This document shows, piece after piece, positions 21,420 through 30,630 of a stretch of DNA of 64,000 nucleotides. How positions within the stretch are numbered: position 1 is the first letter of the stretch; each line of letters begins with the position of its first letter. A model generated the notes under the pieces. That model had not been told where the DNA came from and did not search any database. It was given only the letters and a program-made list of their open reading frames with translations. The DNA comes from an uncultured Chloroflexia bacterium. GTDB taxonomy: Bacteria; Chloroflexota; Limnocylindria; QHBO01. The stretch covers positions 580 through 64,579 of the forward strand of contig CAWBBG010000027.1 of NCBI GenBank assembly GCA_963787025.1, given 5' to 3'. The translations under genes were made by a program, and so were the position numbers.

Positions 21420-22706
21420 ATGGACGCGCGTTTCCGTCCGCCGCCCGAGCCGGTCGCCTTCCGGCCCGACCCGCGCAGCGACCTGCCCGCGACGGCCGAG
21501 GTCGTGGTGGTGGGAGCCGGGTTCGTGGGGGCCTTTGCGGCGTACCACCTTGCCCGGGCCGGGATGCGACCGCTGGTGATCGAGGCCAACACGCCGGCAT
21601 CGGGGGCCAGCGGACGGCTCTGCGGCCTGGCGCTGACCGGGATCGGCGGGCACTTTGCGCGCGTCACACGGCTCGTCCACGCGGCCGGGGGCCGTTCGAT
21701 CCTGGAGTACACCCGGCGCTCCCTGGATCTGCTGGAGGCCCTGGAGTCCGAGATCCCGGGCGGCATCGAGTGGGAGCGCTGCGGCTCGCTCGATCTGCTC
21801 ACCACCGAGGCGGAGGAGGCGCACGGCCGGTCCCTGGCCGCCGGGCAGGCGGCAGAGGGCCTGGCGGTGGAGGTGATCGGCCCCGGTGCGGCGGTGGATC
21901 TCGCACCGGCCCTCGATCCGACGTCGGTTCGCGCGGCGAAGTGGACCCCCGACGACGGGCAGCTGAACCCGTTCAAGCTCATCTACGGGCTGCTGGAGGC
22001 GGCCGTGGCGCGCGGCGCGCGCGTCGTGACCGGGGTCCGCGTGGAGCGGATCACGGCCCGCGGCGGCCGCGTGGCGGGGGTCGAGACCTCGCACGGCCCG
22101 GTCAGCGCCGGCGCGGTCCTCGTCGCGGCCAACGCCTGGACACCCTTCCTCGTCCCGGCCATCGCTGGCAACCTGACGCCGATCCGGGAGCACGTCATGG
22201 TCACCGAGCGCCTGCCACGGGTCCTGCGCATCGGCTTCGAGACGAACCTGTGCAACGAGTACTGGCGGCAGGAGCCGACCGGCGAGGTGGTCATCGGCGG
22301 ATACGCGACGGCCGACGAGGACGCGGGGATCGGCTCGTACTCGATGACGGTGCGCCCGCGAATTCCACCCCTTCTCGCCGGCCTGCTGGGTCGGTTCCAC
22401 CCGACGCTCCGCGACGCTCGCGTGGTCCGCGCCTGGGCAGGGCTCCTGGATTTCGCCTCGCTCGAGATCCCCATGGCGGGCGGGCTGCCGGCCGCAGATG
22501 GGACGCCGGTTCCCGGCGGGTACGTCGTCTGCGGCCTCACCGGTCACGGTCTCCCGTACGCCCCGATCCTGGGGCTGCTCATGGCCGAGCGCATCGCCGA
22601 TGGCGCACCGCGCACGCTGCCGCTCGATCCGTTCGACCCGGGCCGCTACACCGGCACCGGCCACGCCCCGACCTGGACGGAGGCGTTCGAGGGCGCTCCG
22701 GGCTGA
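21420..22706 (+). CDS. FAD-dependent oxidoreductase, DAO/glycine/sarcosine oxidase family
   Basis: VVGAGFVG, GASG, DGQLNP, RAWAG, GLTGHG. Confidence 0.9.
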   Translation: MDARFRPPPEPVAFRPDPRSDLPATAEVVVVGAGFVGAFAAYHLARAGMRPLVIEANTPASGASGRLCGLALTGIGGHFARVTRLVHAAGGRSILEYTRRSLDLLEALESEIPGGIEWERCGSLDLLTTEAEEAHGRSLAAGQAAEGLAVEVIGPGAAVDLAPALDPTSVRAAKWTPDDGQLNPFKLIYGLLEAAVARGARVVTGVRVERITARGGRVAGVETSHGPVSAGAVLVAANAWTPFLVPAIAGNLTPIREHVMVTERLPRVLRIGFETNLCNEYWRQEPTGEVVIGGYATADEDAGIGSYSMTVRPRIPPLLAGLLGRFHPTLRDARVVRAWAGLLDFASLEIPMAGGLPAADGTPVPGGYVVCGLTGHGLPYAPILGLLMAERIADGAPRTLPLDPFDPGRYTGTGHAPTWTEAFEGAPG

Positions 22707-22713
22707 CCCCCGG

Positions 22714-23508
22714 TCACCCGAGGAGCGGCCGGTAGGCCCCGACCACCAGGCTCACCGCGGTCGCCCCGGCGCCGACAACGAGAGCGGCAAGAAGCAGCAG
22801 CCAGTCACGTCGCGCCATGCGCTGCGGGCGCGCAACCGTACGGTCGCCGCCGGACAGCCCACGGGCCTCCATGGCGCCGGCGAGCCGGGTGGAGCGACGG
22901 ATGGCCCCCACCAGCAGCGCCATGAGCCGGCTGCCCTGGAGCCGCAGCCAGCCGCCGGGCGATCCGGCGGTGACGCCGCGGGCACGCCGGGCCAGGCCGA
23001 GGAGCTGCCACTCGTCGGCCAGCAGCGGCACCAGCCGGAGGGCGGCCAGCGCACCCAGCGCGAATCGTGCCGGTACGCGCAGCTGCTGCACCAGGGCATC
23101 GGCCAGGTCGGTGGGGTCGACCGACGCAAGGGCGACGACGCCGGCCAGCGCGATCCCCAGGATGCGGATCCCCAGCGCGGCGCCGGTCGCCAGGCTTCCG
23201 GCCCGCAGCGCGACCGGCCCCAGGCTGACGAGCACCGAGCCGCGTGGCTCTCCGAGGACCGCGTTCAGCAGACCGATGGCGACTGCCGCGGCCAGGAGCG
23301 GCCAGGAGCGGCGGAGCAGGGTTCCCGGGGAGAGGCCGACCAGCGGAACCGCCACGAGCACGGCGGCCAGGATGAGAGTCCCGGTCACGGCATCGACGGC
23401 GGCAAAACCGAAGATCATGAGGATGGCGGCCGCGCCGATGCGTGCCAGCGGGCCCGTGCGGCTCAGCGGCGCCCGCGGATCGGGAGCGATCGGGACCAGG
23501 AGGCGCAT
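22714..23508 (-). CDS. ECF transporter T component (YkoC-like)
   Basis: TM helices; RRARG and MEARG motifs. Confidence 0.9.
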   Translation of the reverse strand: MRLLVPIAPDPRAPLSRTGPLARIGAAAILMIFGFAAVDAVTGTLILAAVLVAVPLVGLSPGTLLRRSWPLLAAAVAIGLLNAVLGEPRGSVLVSLGPVALRAGSLATGAALGIRILGIALAGVVALASVDPTDLADALVQQLRVPARFALGALAALRLVPLLADEWQLLGLARRARGVTAGSPGGWLRLQGSRLMALLVGAIRRSTRLAGAMEARGLSGGDRTVARPQRMARRDWLLLLAALVVGAGATAVSLVVGAYRPLLG

Positions 23509-23514
23509 GGCTGC

Positions 23515-24972
23515 TCAGTGCGCCCGCGCGGCGAGGCGGAGGGTGCGGTCGGCGAGCGCGGCGACGAAGTCGCGATCGTGGGTCACGAAGCAGACCGCGC
23601 TACCCCCGTCGCGCAGCGCCGCGAGGAGCCCCAGGAGCTCGGCCCAGGTGCGGCGGTCCTGCCCGAATGTCGGCTCGTCGAGGATGATCGCCGCGGGCGC
23701 CGACGCCAGGGCCGTCGCCACCGAGAGGCGCCGCTTCTCGCCGCCGGACAGGGTGAACGGGTTGGCCGCGGCCAGGTGCGCCAGGTGCAGGCGCTCGAGG
23801 AGATCGGTCACCCGGCCACCGATCTCCGCCGCCGGAAGGCGCATGCGGCGCGGACCAATGGCAAGCTCGTCGAGCACGGTGCCGGCAAGGAACTGGTGCT
23901 CCGGCTCCTGGAAGACGCTCCCCACGGTGCGCACCAGCCGGTCGGCCGGCCAGTCCGCCAGCGGCTCGCGACCGTGGCCCGCCTCGAGGGCCTCGCCGGA
24001 GAGGACCGAGCCCCCCGATGGGCGCAGCAGGCCGCCCAGGAGCAGGGCGAGGGTCGTCTTGCCTGAACCGTTCGGCCCCGTGATCGCCAGCGCCTCGGAC
24101 GAGCGGACCTGCACCTCGGCCGGGCCAACCGCGAGGCCCGACGTCCCGGGGTAGCCGAAGGTCGCATCCTCGGCCAGGATCAGGGTTTCGGGCGCCGGCC
24201 GCTCCCGGGTCGCCGGCGGCGGGACCCGGTGGCCCGGAACCCATACGCCGGCCTCCGCCAGCGCCGATCCACGCCGGCGGAAGATGTCCGTTGGCGCACC
24301 GTCCGCCACGACCCCGCCGCCGCCCTCCAGGACCACGGCGCGGTCAACGAGCGGAAGGGCAGCCTCGACGCGGTGCTCCACGATGATGATCGTGGCTTCC
24401 CGGCGCTCCGCGATGCTGCGCAGGACCACGCCAAGCTGCTCGGCGCCTTCGGGATCGAGGTTCGCCGTGGGCTCGTCCAGGAGCAGCAGGCCCGGGCGCA
24501 GCGCGAGGACGCCGGCGAGTGCGAGCCGCTGCTTCTCCCCGCCCGAGAGGGCCGAGGTGGATCGGTCGCGCCCGTACGGGAAACCGACCGCGGCGAGAGC
24601 GGCATCGACCCGGGGCCAGATCTCTCCGCCCGGGACGCGACGATTCTCGAGCCCAAACGCGACATCGTCACCGGCGCGGCCCATGACCAGCTGCGTCTCA
24701 GGGTCCTGGAAGACGACGCCCACCCGGTCGCGCGCCACGCGGGGCACGAGCCCGTCCAGCCGAAGCGTGCCCGACTCCGCCGCGCCGCCTTCGGCGTCGA
24801 GCAGACCGGCCAGGGCCAGCAGCAGGGTCGACTTGCCGGCGCCGGACGGCCCAAGCAGGAGCACGCGTTCGCCGGCGTCGATGCGCAGGTCGACGCCCTG
24901 GAGCGCCCAGGACCGGCGGCCGGCGTGCCGCCAGCCCCAATCCCGCGCCTCGATGGAGACCGGCGGGCTCAT
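23515..24972 (-). CDS. ECF transporter tandem ATPase (YkoD-like)
   Basis: Two ABC domains: GPSGAGKS/LSGGEKQR/DEPT and GPNGSGKT/LSGGEKRR/DEPT. Confidence 0.92.
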   Translation of the reverse strand: MSPPVSIEARDWGWRHAGRRSWALQGVDLRIDAGERVLLLGPSGAGKSTLLLALAGLLDAEGGAAESGTLRLDGLVPRVARDRVGVVFQDPETQLVMGRAGDDVAFGLENRRVPGGEIWPRVDAALAAVGFPYGRDRSTSALSGGEKQRLALAGVLALRPGLLLLDEPTANLDPEGAEQLGVVLRSIAERREATIIIVEHRVEAALPLVDRAVVLEGGGGVVADGAPTDIFRRRGSALAEAGVWVPGHRVPPPATRERPAPETLILAEDATFGYPGTSGLAVGPAEVQVRSSEALAITGPNGSGKTTLALLLGGLLRPSGGSVLSGEALEAGHGREPLADWPADRLVRTVGSVFQEPEHQFLAGTVLDELAIGPRRMRLPAAEIGGRVTDLLERLHLAHLAAANPFTLSGGEKRRLSVATALASAPAAIILDEPTFGQDRRTWAELLGLLAALRDGGSAVCFVTHDRDFVAALADRTLRLAARAH

Positions 24973-25000
24973 GCCCGCAGCGTAGCCCGTGCCCCGCCGC

Positions 25001-25585
25001 TCAGACCGGCTTCTGGAGCCGCCCGGCCGGGAAGACGGAGAGGACGCCGGTCTGGGCCAGCGCCCGCACCAGCAGCCAGCCGCCGATGCCCGCCACGACG
25101 GCGGCGCTGAAGGCGACGATAACCAGGTAGGCAATCTGCCAGCTCGCGTTCCAGCTCGCGTAGTAGAAGCCCAGGTCGAGGAGGGCGCCGCCGACACCGG
25201 AGGCCGCCGCGGCCGCCGCCGACACCGGCAGACTCCAGCCGCGATACAGCAGGAAGGCGAAGATCAGCTCGGCGCCGGCGCCCTGGACGAGCCCGTACAC
25301 CAGGGTCCCCACGCCCCAGGGCGACCCCGCCACCATCTCCACCACCGCTGCCACGGTCTCGGCGAAGATCGCCGCACCCGGCCGTCGCACGACGAGGGGT
25401 GCCACGACCGCTGGAAGCATCCAGACTCCGTAGATGATTCCGCGCGCGGGTGCGAATCCCCAGATGGACGCCTCCCAGACGACGTTCCAGACCTGGAAGA
25501 CGACCCCGAAGACCACCGCGATGACCGCCACGGTCACGATGTCGACCATCCGCCATCCGCTCGCCGGTCGCCCGAACTCCGTCAT
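25001..25585 (-). CDS. ECF S component, thiamine/HMP (YkoE-like)
   Basis: WRMVDIV, RRPGAA..E..A..E, GLVQGAGAEL; TPP riboswitch context. Confidence 0.88.
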   Translation of the reverse strand: MTEFGRPASGWRMVDIVTVAVIAVVFGVVFQVWNVVWEASIWGFAPARGIIYGVWMLPAVVAPLVVRRPGAAIFAETVAAVVEMVAGSPWGVGTLVYGLVQGAGAELIFAFLLYRGWSLPVSAAAAAASGVGGALLDLGFYYASWNASWQIAYLVIVAFSAAVVAGIGGWLLVRALAQTGVLSVFPAGRLQKPV

Positions 25586-26238
25586 CGTTCTCCTCCACCT
25601 TCTGTTGCGATCTCGATCACGAGGAGCGTCCCGTCGGTGACCCGGACCGATGCGCCGATCTCCACGATCTCGTTCGAGAGGCCGCGCGAGCGACCCATGC
25701 GTAGCGTCTCCCCGGTGAGCGGGAAGCGAAGCCCCGACGTCCGCACGCCGGTCGCGTCACCGCCGATCGGCAGCAGCGTCACCGTCGTGCCCACTGCACC
25801 GTCGAGGTTCTGCGCTCCCGGCCCGCACAGGACCCGGACCGTCGTCGGTCCCCGCACGATCCGCAGCGCTACGGGCGCGAAGGCCGGATCCGCGAGCAGG
25901 AGCAGGTTCGCGAGCTCGTGATCCAGCCGCGAGCCACCGATCGCCCCGATGAGCACGACCTCCGTCGCGCCCCTCCGGACGGCCTCGGTGATCGCGAGCT
26001 CCGTGTCGGATGCGTCCTTGTCGCGCGGGTGGCGGATCACCACGGTGCCGTTGGCCGCGAGGCGGTCGACGAGCGTCGGGTCCACCGAGTCGAGATCACC
26101 CACCAGGAGGTCCGGCACGACGCCCGTCTCCGCGAGCCAGCCCGCTCCGCCGTCGGCGGCGACCACGAGCTCTGCCGCGGCCACGAGGTCCCGGTCTGCC
26201 GGAGACGGGGCCCCATCGGCCACCACCACGGCTCGCAT
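25582..26238 (-). CDS. thiN: thiamine diphosphokinase
   Basis: AADGGA, GDLDS, DKDASDTELA, GGSRLDHELAN, GLRFPL, GLSNE. Confidence 0.93.
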   Translation of the reverse strand: MRAVVVADGAPSPADRDLVAAAELVVAADGGAGWLAETGVVPDLLVGDLDSVDPTLVDRLAANGTVVIRHPRDKDASDTELAITEAVRRGATEVVLIGAIGGSRLDHELANLLLLADPAFAPVALRIVRGPTTVRVLCGPGAQNLDGAVGTTVTLLPIGGDATGVRTSGLRFPLTGETLRMGRSRGLSNEIVEIGASVRVTDGTLLVIEIATEGGGER

Positions 26239-26351
26239 CCCGGTCCGTCGCTCCCTTCCATGCGCCCTGCCGCCACCCGGGCGGCACGACATCCATCGGC
26301 TCGGAAGAACGACGAACGGCGCACCCGGGTGGATGCGCCGCGAAGGTGAAC

Positions 26352-26440
26352 ACCGACTCCCTGCGCTGGCATGATCCAGATCAGGTTGGAGGGTCTGCGG
26401 TCGCCCGCACTCTCAGCGCTTCGCGCGCTCCCCTGTCGCT
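26352..26440 (-). ncRNA. TPP riboswitch
   Basis: Minus strand reads GGG..GCTGAGAG..GACCC..AACCTGATCTGGATCATGCCAGCGCAGGGAG upstream of thiN-ECF. Confidence 0.93.
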
Positions 26441-26485
26441 CTTGAGCTGTCACATGCAGCCTAGCACGCGTGCGATGATCCAGCC

Positions 26486-26998
26486 ATGACCGATGCCGCC
26501 ACGCCACCCGACGCAGCGCCCGACCACCGCAACATCGACCGGGTCACCCGGGCCGCCACGGATCGCGGCCTCGAGATCCGTGTGCTCCGCTACCCGGCAG
26601 GGACACGGACGGCGGAGGACGCGGCGCGCGCGGTGGGCTGCCACGTGGCCCAGATCGTGAAGTCGCTCGTCTTCGTGGCCGACGGCCAGGTGGTGATCGC
26701 GCTCGTCTCGGGTGCGGATCGGCTCGACACGGGGCGGCTGGCGACCGTGCTGTCGGCATCGGCCGTGCGCCGCGCGAATGCCGACGAGGCACGCGAGGCG
26801 ACCGGCTACGCGATCGGCGGCATCCCGCCCCTCGGCCACGCGTCGGCGGTGCCCGTGGTCATGGACGAGCACCTGCTCGAGCACGACACGGTCTGGGCGG
26901 CGGCGGGGCTGCCCGACGCGGTCTTCGCCGTGGCCCCGGCAGCCCTCGCCGGGGCCGCCGACGCTCGGGTCGCCGCCGTGGCCGTGGATCGGCCCTAG
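26486..26998 (+). CDS. YbaK/EbsC aminoacyl-tRNA deacylase family protein
   Basis: TRTAEDAA, QIVKSLVF, TGYAIGGIPP, WAAAG. Confidence 0.92.
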   Translation: MTDAATPPDAAPDHRNIDRVTRAATDRGLEIRVLRYPAGTRTAEDAARAVGCHVAQIVKSLVFVADGQVVIALVSGADRLDTGRLATVLSASAVRRANADEAREATGYAIGGIPPLGHASAVPVVMDEHLLEHDTVWAAAGLPDAVFAVAPAALAGAADARVAAVAVDRP

Positions 26999-27501
26999 GG
27001 TCGGTCCGTGCGCAGCGTCACGCGGGTGCCACCGTCGCGGTGCTCCAGGAGCAGCTGCCAGATCGTCCCGATTGACACCTCGAACCGGACCAGCGCCGCC
27101 TGGTCGGCCGGATAGCGACCCACGATCGGGTAGCCCGCCGCGGGGAGCGCCTCGAGGTAGGACTCGTACGGCGCGGACCCCTCGACGTTCAGCATCCAGC
27201 GCGCGATGACCGAGGGATCATCCGCCGGGAGCGGAAGTGCCACCGCGTCCGCCGGCACCGGGAAGCCGGGCGGCAGCGACGGCCGTCCCTGCGGCGTGCT
27301 GGGATGGGGGGTCACGGCAGCAGACGCGCTGGCAAGCGCCGTCGCCTCGAGGGTCCCGGTTCCCTCCGCCGCGCAGGCCGGGAGGAGCCCCAGCAGGGCG
27401 ACGAGCGCCAGGCTCGCCAGCAGGCGAACGCCACCGGGAGCGTCCGCTCGTCGCCCACCCGGCGCGCGTCCGGGCATTTTCGCCATCTCGTTCTCCCTCA
27501 T
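26995..27501 (-). CDS. hypothetical lipoprotein
   Basis: Hydrophobic signal ending LLPAC; LPPGFPVP; ATGA overlap with the M23 stop. Confidence 0.7.
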   Translation of the reverse strand: MRENEMAKMPGRAPGGRRADAPGGVRLLASLALVALLGLLPACAAEGTGTLEATALASASAAVTPHPSTPQGRPSLPPGFPVPADAVALPLPADDPSVIARWMLNVEGSAPYESYLEALPAAGYPIVGRYPADQAALVRFEVSIGTIWQLLLEHRDGGTRVTLRTDRP

Positions 27502-28481
27502 TCCGTCTGGCTGGTCTTCACCACGATCGGCACGTAGAAGGACCCCAGTCGCGCCCAGTCGAACCACCGCACGCTGCTTGCGAACACGTTGAAGGCCTCC
27601 GCGTAGCTCCCAGGAGGCACGGTCGCCCGCAGTCCGAACGTAAACCGACCGACGCCGTCGGGTGGCACCGAACGCTGGTCGAGCACGGTGGGCACCCAGT
27701 TGTACGGCCAGTCCAGCGCGGCGAAACCGCTCGCGTGCGCGGGCGGGTTCCAGGTCCCGAGCATGATCCGCCCCTTCGACACGTCCGACCGCCAGGTCCG
27801 CCCGCCGCGATTCCAGAACTCGACCCAGTGGGTGACGGTCGTGTAGCGCCGGATCACCTCCGTCCCGCTGTTGGACTCGCGTCGATAGGCGGCCAGGAAC
27901 GGAACCCGTCCGGGGTTCGTGGTGAAGAGGCCCGTGTAGATGGGATCGACGGCCCTCCAGGCGCCTCCGGACCGGGCCTGCATCTCCCAGTGGAGGTGCG
28001 CGCCGTAGCACTGTCCGCTGCAGCCGGAGTCCGCGATCCACTGCCCTGCCACTACGGCCTGGCCAACGGAGACCCGCGCGCCGTGGTACGCGAGATGGTA
28101 GTAGAGCGTCCTGCGGCCGTCGGCGTGGGCGAGGAGCACGAAGTTCCCGTACGTGCCGAACTGCACGGTCCCGTAGCCCTCGTAGACGTCGACGACCGTC
28201 CCATCACGCGCGGCCGCGACCGGGCTGCCGAGCGCCATGGGGTAGTCCATGCCGGTGTGACCGTCGTAGACACGGCCGTAGTGCAGGTTGCAGTCGTTCC
28301 AGAGCGTGTTCGCCCAGTCACGCTGATGGCAGGCGCGGCCGTCGCGGTCGACGCCGTAGCTCAGCGAGACGGAGGGGTCGTAGAACGGCAACGTGTAATC
28401 GTCCGCGGCTCGCGCGCCGGTCGCGGAGCCGATGACGGCCACCACCCCGAGTGCGAGGCCGAGGAGAAGCCGGCCGATCAT
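27498..28481 (-). CDS. secreted M23 metallopeptidase with C-terminal Ig-like domain
   Basis: Signal peptide; HTGMD, YYHL, HLHWE; GGAGG upstream. Confidence 0.88.
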   Translation of the reverse strand: MIGRLLLGLALGVVAVIGSATGARAADDYTLPFYDPSVSLSYGVDRDGRACHQRDWANTLWNDCNLHYGRVYDGHTGMDYPMALGSPVAAARDGTVVDVYEGYGTVQFGTYGNFVLLAHADGRRTLYYHLAYHGARVSVGQAVVAGQWIADSGCSGQCYGAHLHWEMQARSGGAWRAVDPIYTGLFTTNPGRVPFLAAYRRESNSGTEVIRRYTTVTHWVEFWNRGGRTWRSDVSKGRIMLGTWNPPAHASGFAALDWPYNWVPTVLDQRSVPPDGVGRFTFGLRATVPPGSYAEAFNVFASSVRWFDWARLGSFYVPIVVKTSQTE

Positions 28482-29554
28482 GATGCGCATCCTCCACAGA
28501 CAGCCCACCGCGCGAGCGGTGACCGGAGTCGGTCCAGCACGTGGCCGGCGTCGTCGACGACCACCGTCTCCCCGTCGCGGAGAACGGCGACCGCGCGGCC
28601 ATCCGGCGCGATCCGCGGCACCGCCCCGTTACCGAGCGGCCGCACACCGTCGCCGTTCGAGCGCACCAGGTAGGACCCGCCGCTCGCCAGCGCGTAGGCG
28701 ACCACCGTCCCGTCCTCGCTGATCGACGGATCGGTCGCCTCCGGGTCCAGGCTCGCCAGGAGCACGGAACGCCCGTCCTCGACGCGCAGCAGCAGCACCC
28801 CCGCTCCCGGACGGTGAGCGACCACGGCGATCGCCCCATCCGCCAGCTCGCGAGCGGCGAGGACCAGGTCAGGCTCCCGGGTCCCCTCGACCGGCCGCGA
28901 ACGGCCCGATTCGGGGTCGACGCTCACCAGGCCGGCGGCGTACGGCGCCTCCGCCGAGGGCAGCGAAACGGTGAGGAGCGCACCGTCGGCCCGGAACGCC
29001 ACCGCACCGGCGAACGGACCGTCCGCGATGGGCGATGCCGACCCGGATGCCGTGTCCACGCGCCACAGCGCCCCGGCGGCGTCCACCAGGGCCAGCCAGC
29101 CGCCCGAGGGGGCGAACGCCGCTCCGGCCGCTCCGTGCACGGCGAGGTGCAGCTGGTCTCCGTGGGCGTCCGCCAGGGTCAGTCCGCCGCTCGGATCACC
29201 GATGTCATCGGCGATGGCTACTGAACCGTCGTCGGCGACGGCGAGCAGCCCCATGGCATCCCGCCGCGAAGCCTCACCTGCGTCCGCGGTGCCGTTCGCG
29301 TCGAGCGGTGAGAGCGTTGGGGCGATTGCCGCGGCACGGACCTCGAGCAGCGCCTGGCTGCCGAACATGCGCGGCACGACCGCGATGGCCCGCCCGGCGC
29401 GATCGGCGTCGCGTGCGTTCAGGGCGGTGACCCTGGGCGGTGGCTGCGCCGCCACCGAAGAGACGAGACCAAGCGAGCCGGCGAGACCGGCGGCCAGAAG
29501 CGCGCCCGCAGCGCCCCGCACTCGGCGCGGGGCGGAACGATGTCGTACGGACAT
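28478..29554 (-). CDS. secreted beta-propeller (TolB/WD40-like) protein
   Basis: Signal peptide; repeats AFAPSGGWLA, AFRADGALL, SISEDGTVVA, RIAPDGRAVA. Confidence 0.75.
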   Translation of the reverse strand: MSVRHRSAPRRVRGAAGALLAAGLAGSLGLVSSVAAQPPPRVTALNARDADRAGRAIAVVPRMFGSQALLEVRAAAIAPTLSPLDANGTADAGEASRRDAMGLLAVADDGSVAIADDIGDPSGGLTLADAHGDQLHLAVHGAAGAAFAPSGGWLALVDAAGALWRVDTASGSASPIADGPFAGAVAFRADGALLTVSLPSAEAPYAAGLVSVDPESGRSRPVEGTREPDLVLAARELADGAIAVVAHRPGAGVLLLRVEDGRSVLLASLDPEATDPSISEDGTVVAYALASGGSYLVRSNGDGVRPLGNGAVPRIAPDGRAVAVLRDGETVVVDDAGHVLDRLRSPLARWAVCGGCAS

Positions 29555-29711
29555 CGGAAACCTCCGTTCGGATCAGATGGATGACAACCGTTCACGGAGC
29601 TCTGCGGGGCTTGGATCACCTCCGGGTTCGTCTGGCGCCGGGCAGCGCGGCATCGAGCCACGGTAGTGGGGCCTGCTTATCACGCCCTTACCGCCCCGTA
29701 TACTCGGCCGG

Positions 29712-30467
29712 ATGTCCCCGATCGACACCCTCCTCGCCGGCCTTGCCGTGCTCGGCGCGGTGCTCCTCGCGGCCGGCGCGGTGTGGATGCGCGCCATCGG
29801 CGCCGACCCCGACCGTGCGCGACGGCTGGCGGGCGCCCGCAGCATGGCGGTCGCCGACATCCTGGATCTCACCGACGCTCCGTCACGGCCGGTCCGCGTC
29901 TCGGGACGCATCCGGTGCGCCGACCCGCTGGTGACGCCGGAGGACGAGCGCCTCGTGGCGTTCCATCGCGACGTCTCCGTGCGCCTGGCGAACGGCCGCT
30001 GGCAGACCATCGAACGCGTGCGCGAGAGCCGCTCATTCGAGCTGTGGGACCACGCCGGCTCGCTGACCATCGACCCCGCCGAGACCGCCGAGCCGCTCAT
30101 CACCATCCCACTGGTCTGGGAGGGCAAGCCACAGGAGCTGGTCGATCCGCACGCCGCCGCGATCCAGCGCCTCGCGGCCCAGACCGGCGCCGCCCCCACC
30201 GCCGCCCGGGCCGTGACACGAACGATCTCCATCGTGGACCCGCTCCTGGTCCTGGCGCAGGTCCGCATCGGCTCCAACGGTGCGTACCTGGAGCCGCCGA
30301 ACGGTGGCTACCTCGTCTCCGCGCTCGAGCTGGACGCCGCGATGCGGCTGCTCGGTGGATCGCGCCACCGCCAGCTCGTCTCAGCCATCGGGATCCTGCT
30401 GGCCGGCGGCGCGCTCGTGGTCAGCGCCCTCATCGCCCTTGTGCTGACCTGGCTGCTGCGAGCCTGA
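29712..30467 (+). CDS. membrane protein with GIDE-like domain
   Basis: N- and C-terminal TM helices; VRVSGRI..PL..P..W..FELWDHAGSLTIDP pattern. Confidence 0.65.
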   Translation: MSPIDTLLAGLAVLGAVLLAAGAVWMRAIGADPDRARRLAGARSMAVADILDLTDAPSRPVRVSGRIRCADPLVTPEDERLVAFHRDVSVRLANGRWQTIERVRESRSFELWDHAGSLTIDPAETAEPLITIPLVWEGKPQELVDPHAAAIQRLAAQTGAAPTAARAVTRTISIVDPLLVLAQVRIGSNGAYLEPPNGGYLVSALELDAAMRLLGGSRHRQLVSAIGILLAGGALVVSALIALVLTWLLRA

Positions 30468-30630
30468 TACCTCGTCCCGACATACGGAGTCGTACCAACC
30501 GCATCGGTACTAACGAGCCATGGTGCCCAGCAATTGCCAGTTCTAGCATCCGATGCACTGTTCCTAACAGAAGCTCCATCGAGTTTCGCAGGGCGACGGA
30601 CACGACCAGACGAGCACAGGAGCAAGAGCA

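Noticed and set aside
21420-22706. FAD oxidase as ThiO because it neighbours thiamine genes
   Set aside because: It is convergent to the riboswitch operon, thiS and thiG are absent nearby, and only family-level motifs are visible.
29555-29711. c-di-AMP or c-di-GMP riboswitch upstream of the M23 operon
   Set aside because: I could not match the consensus elements of either family by eye.
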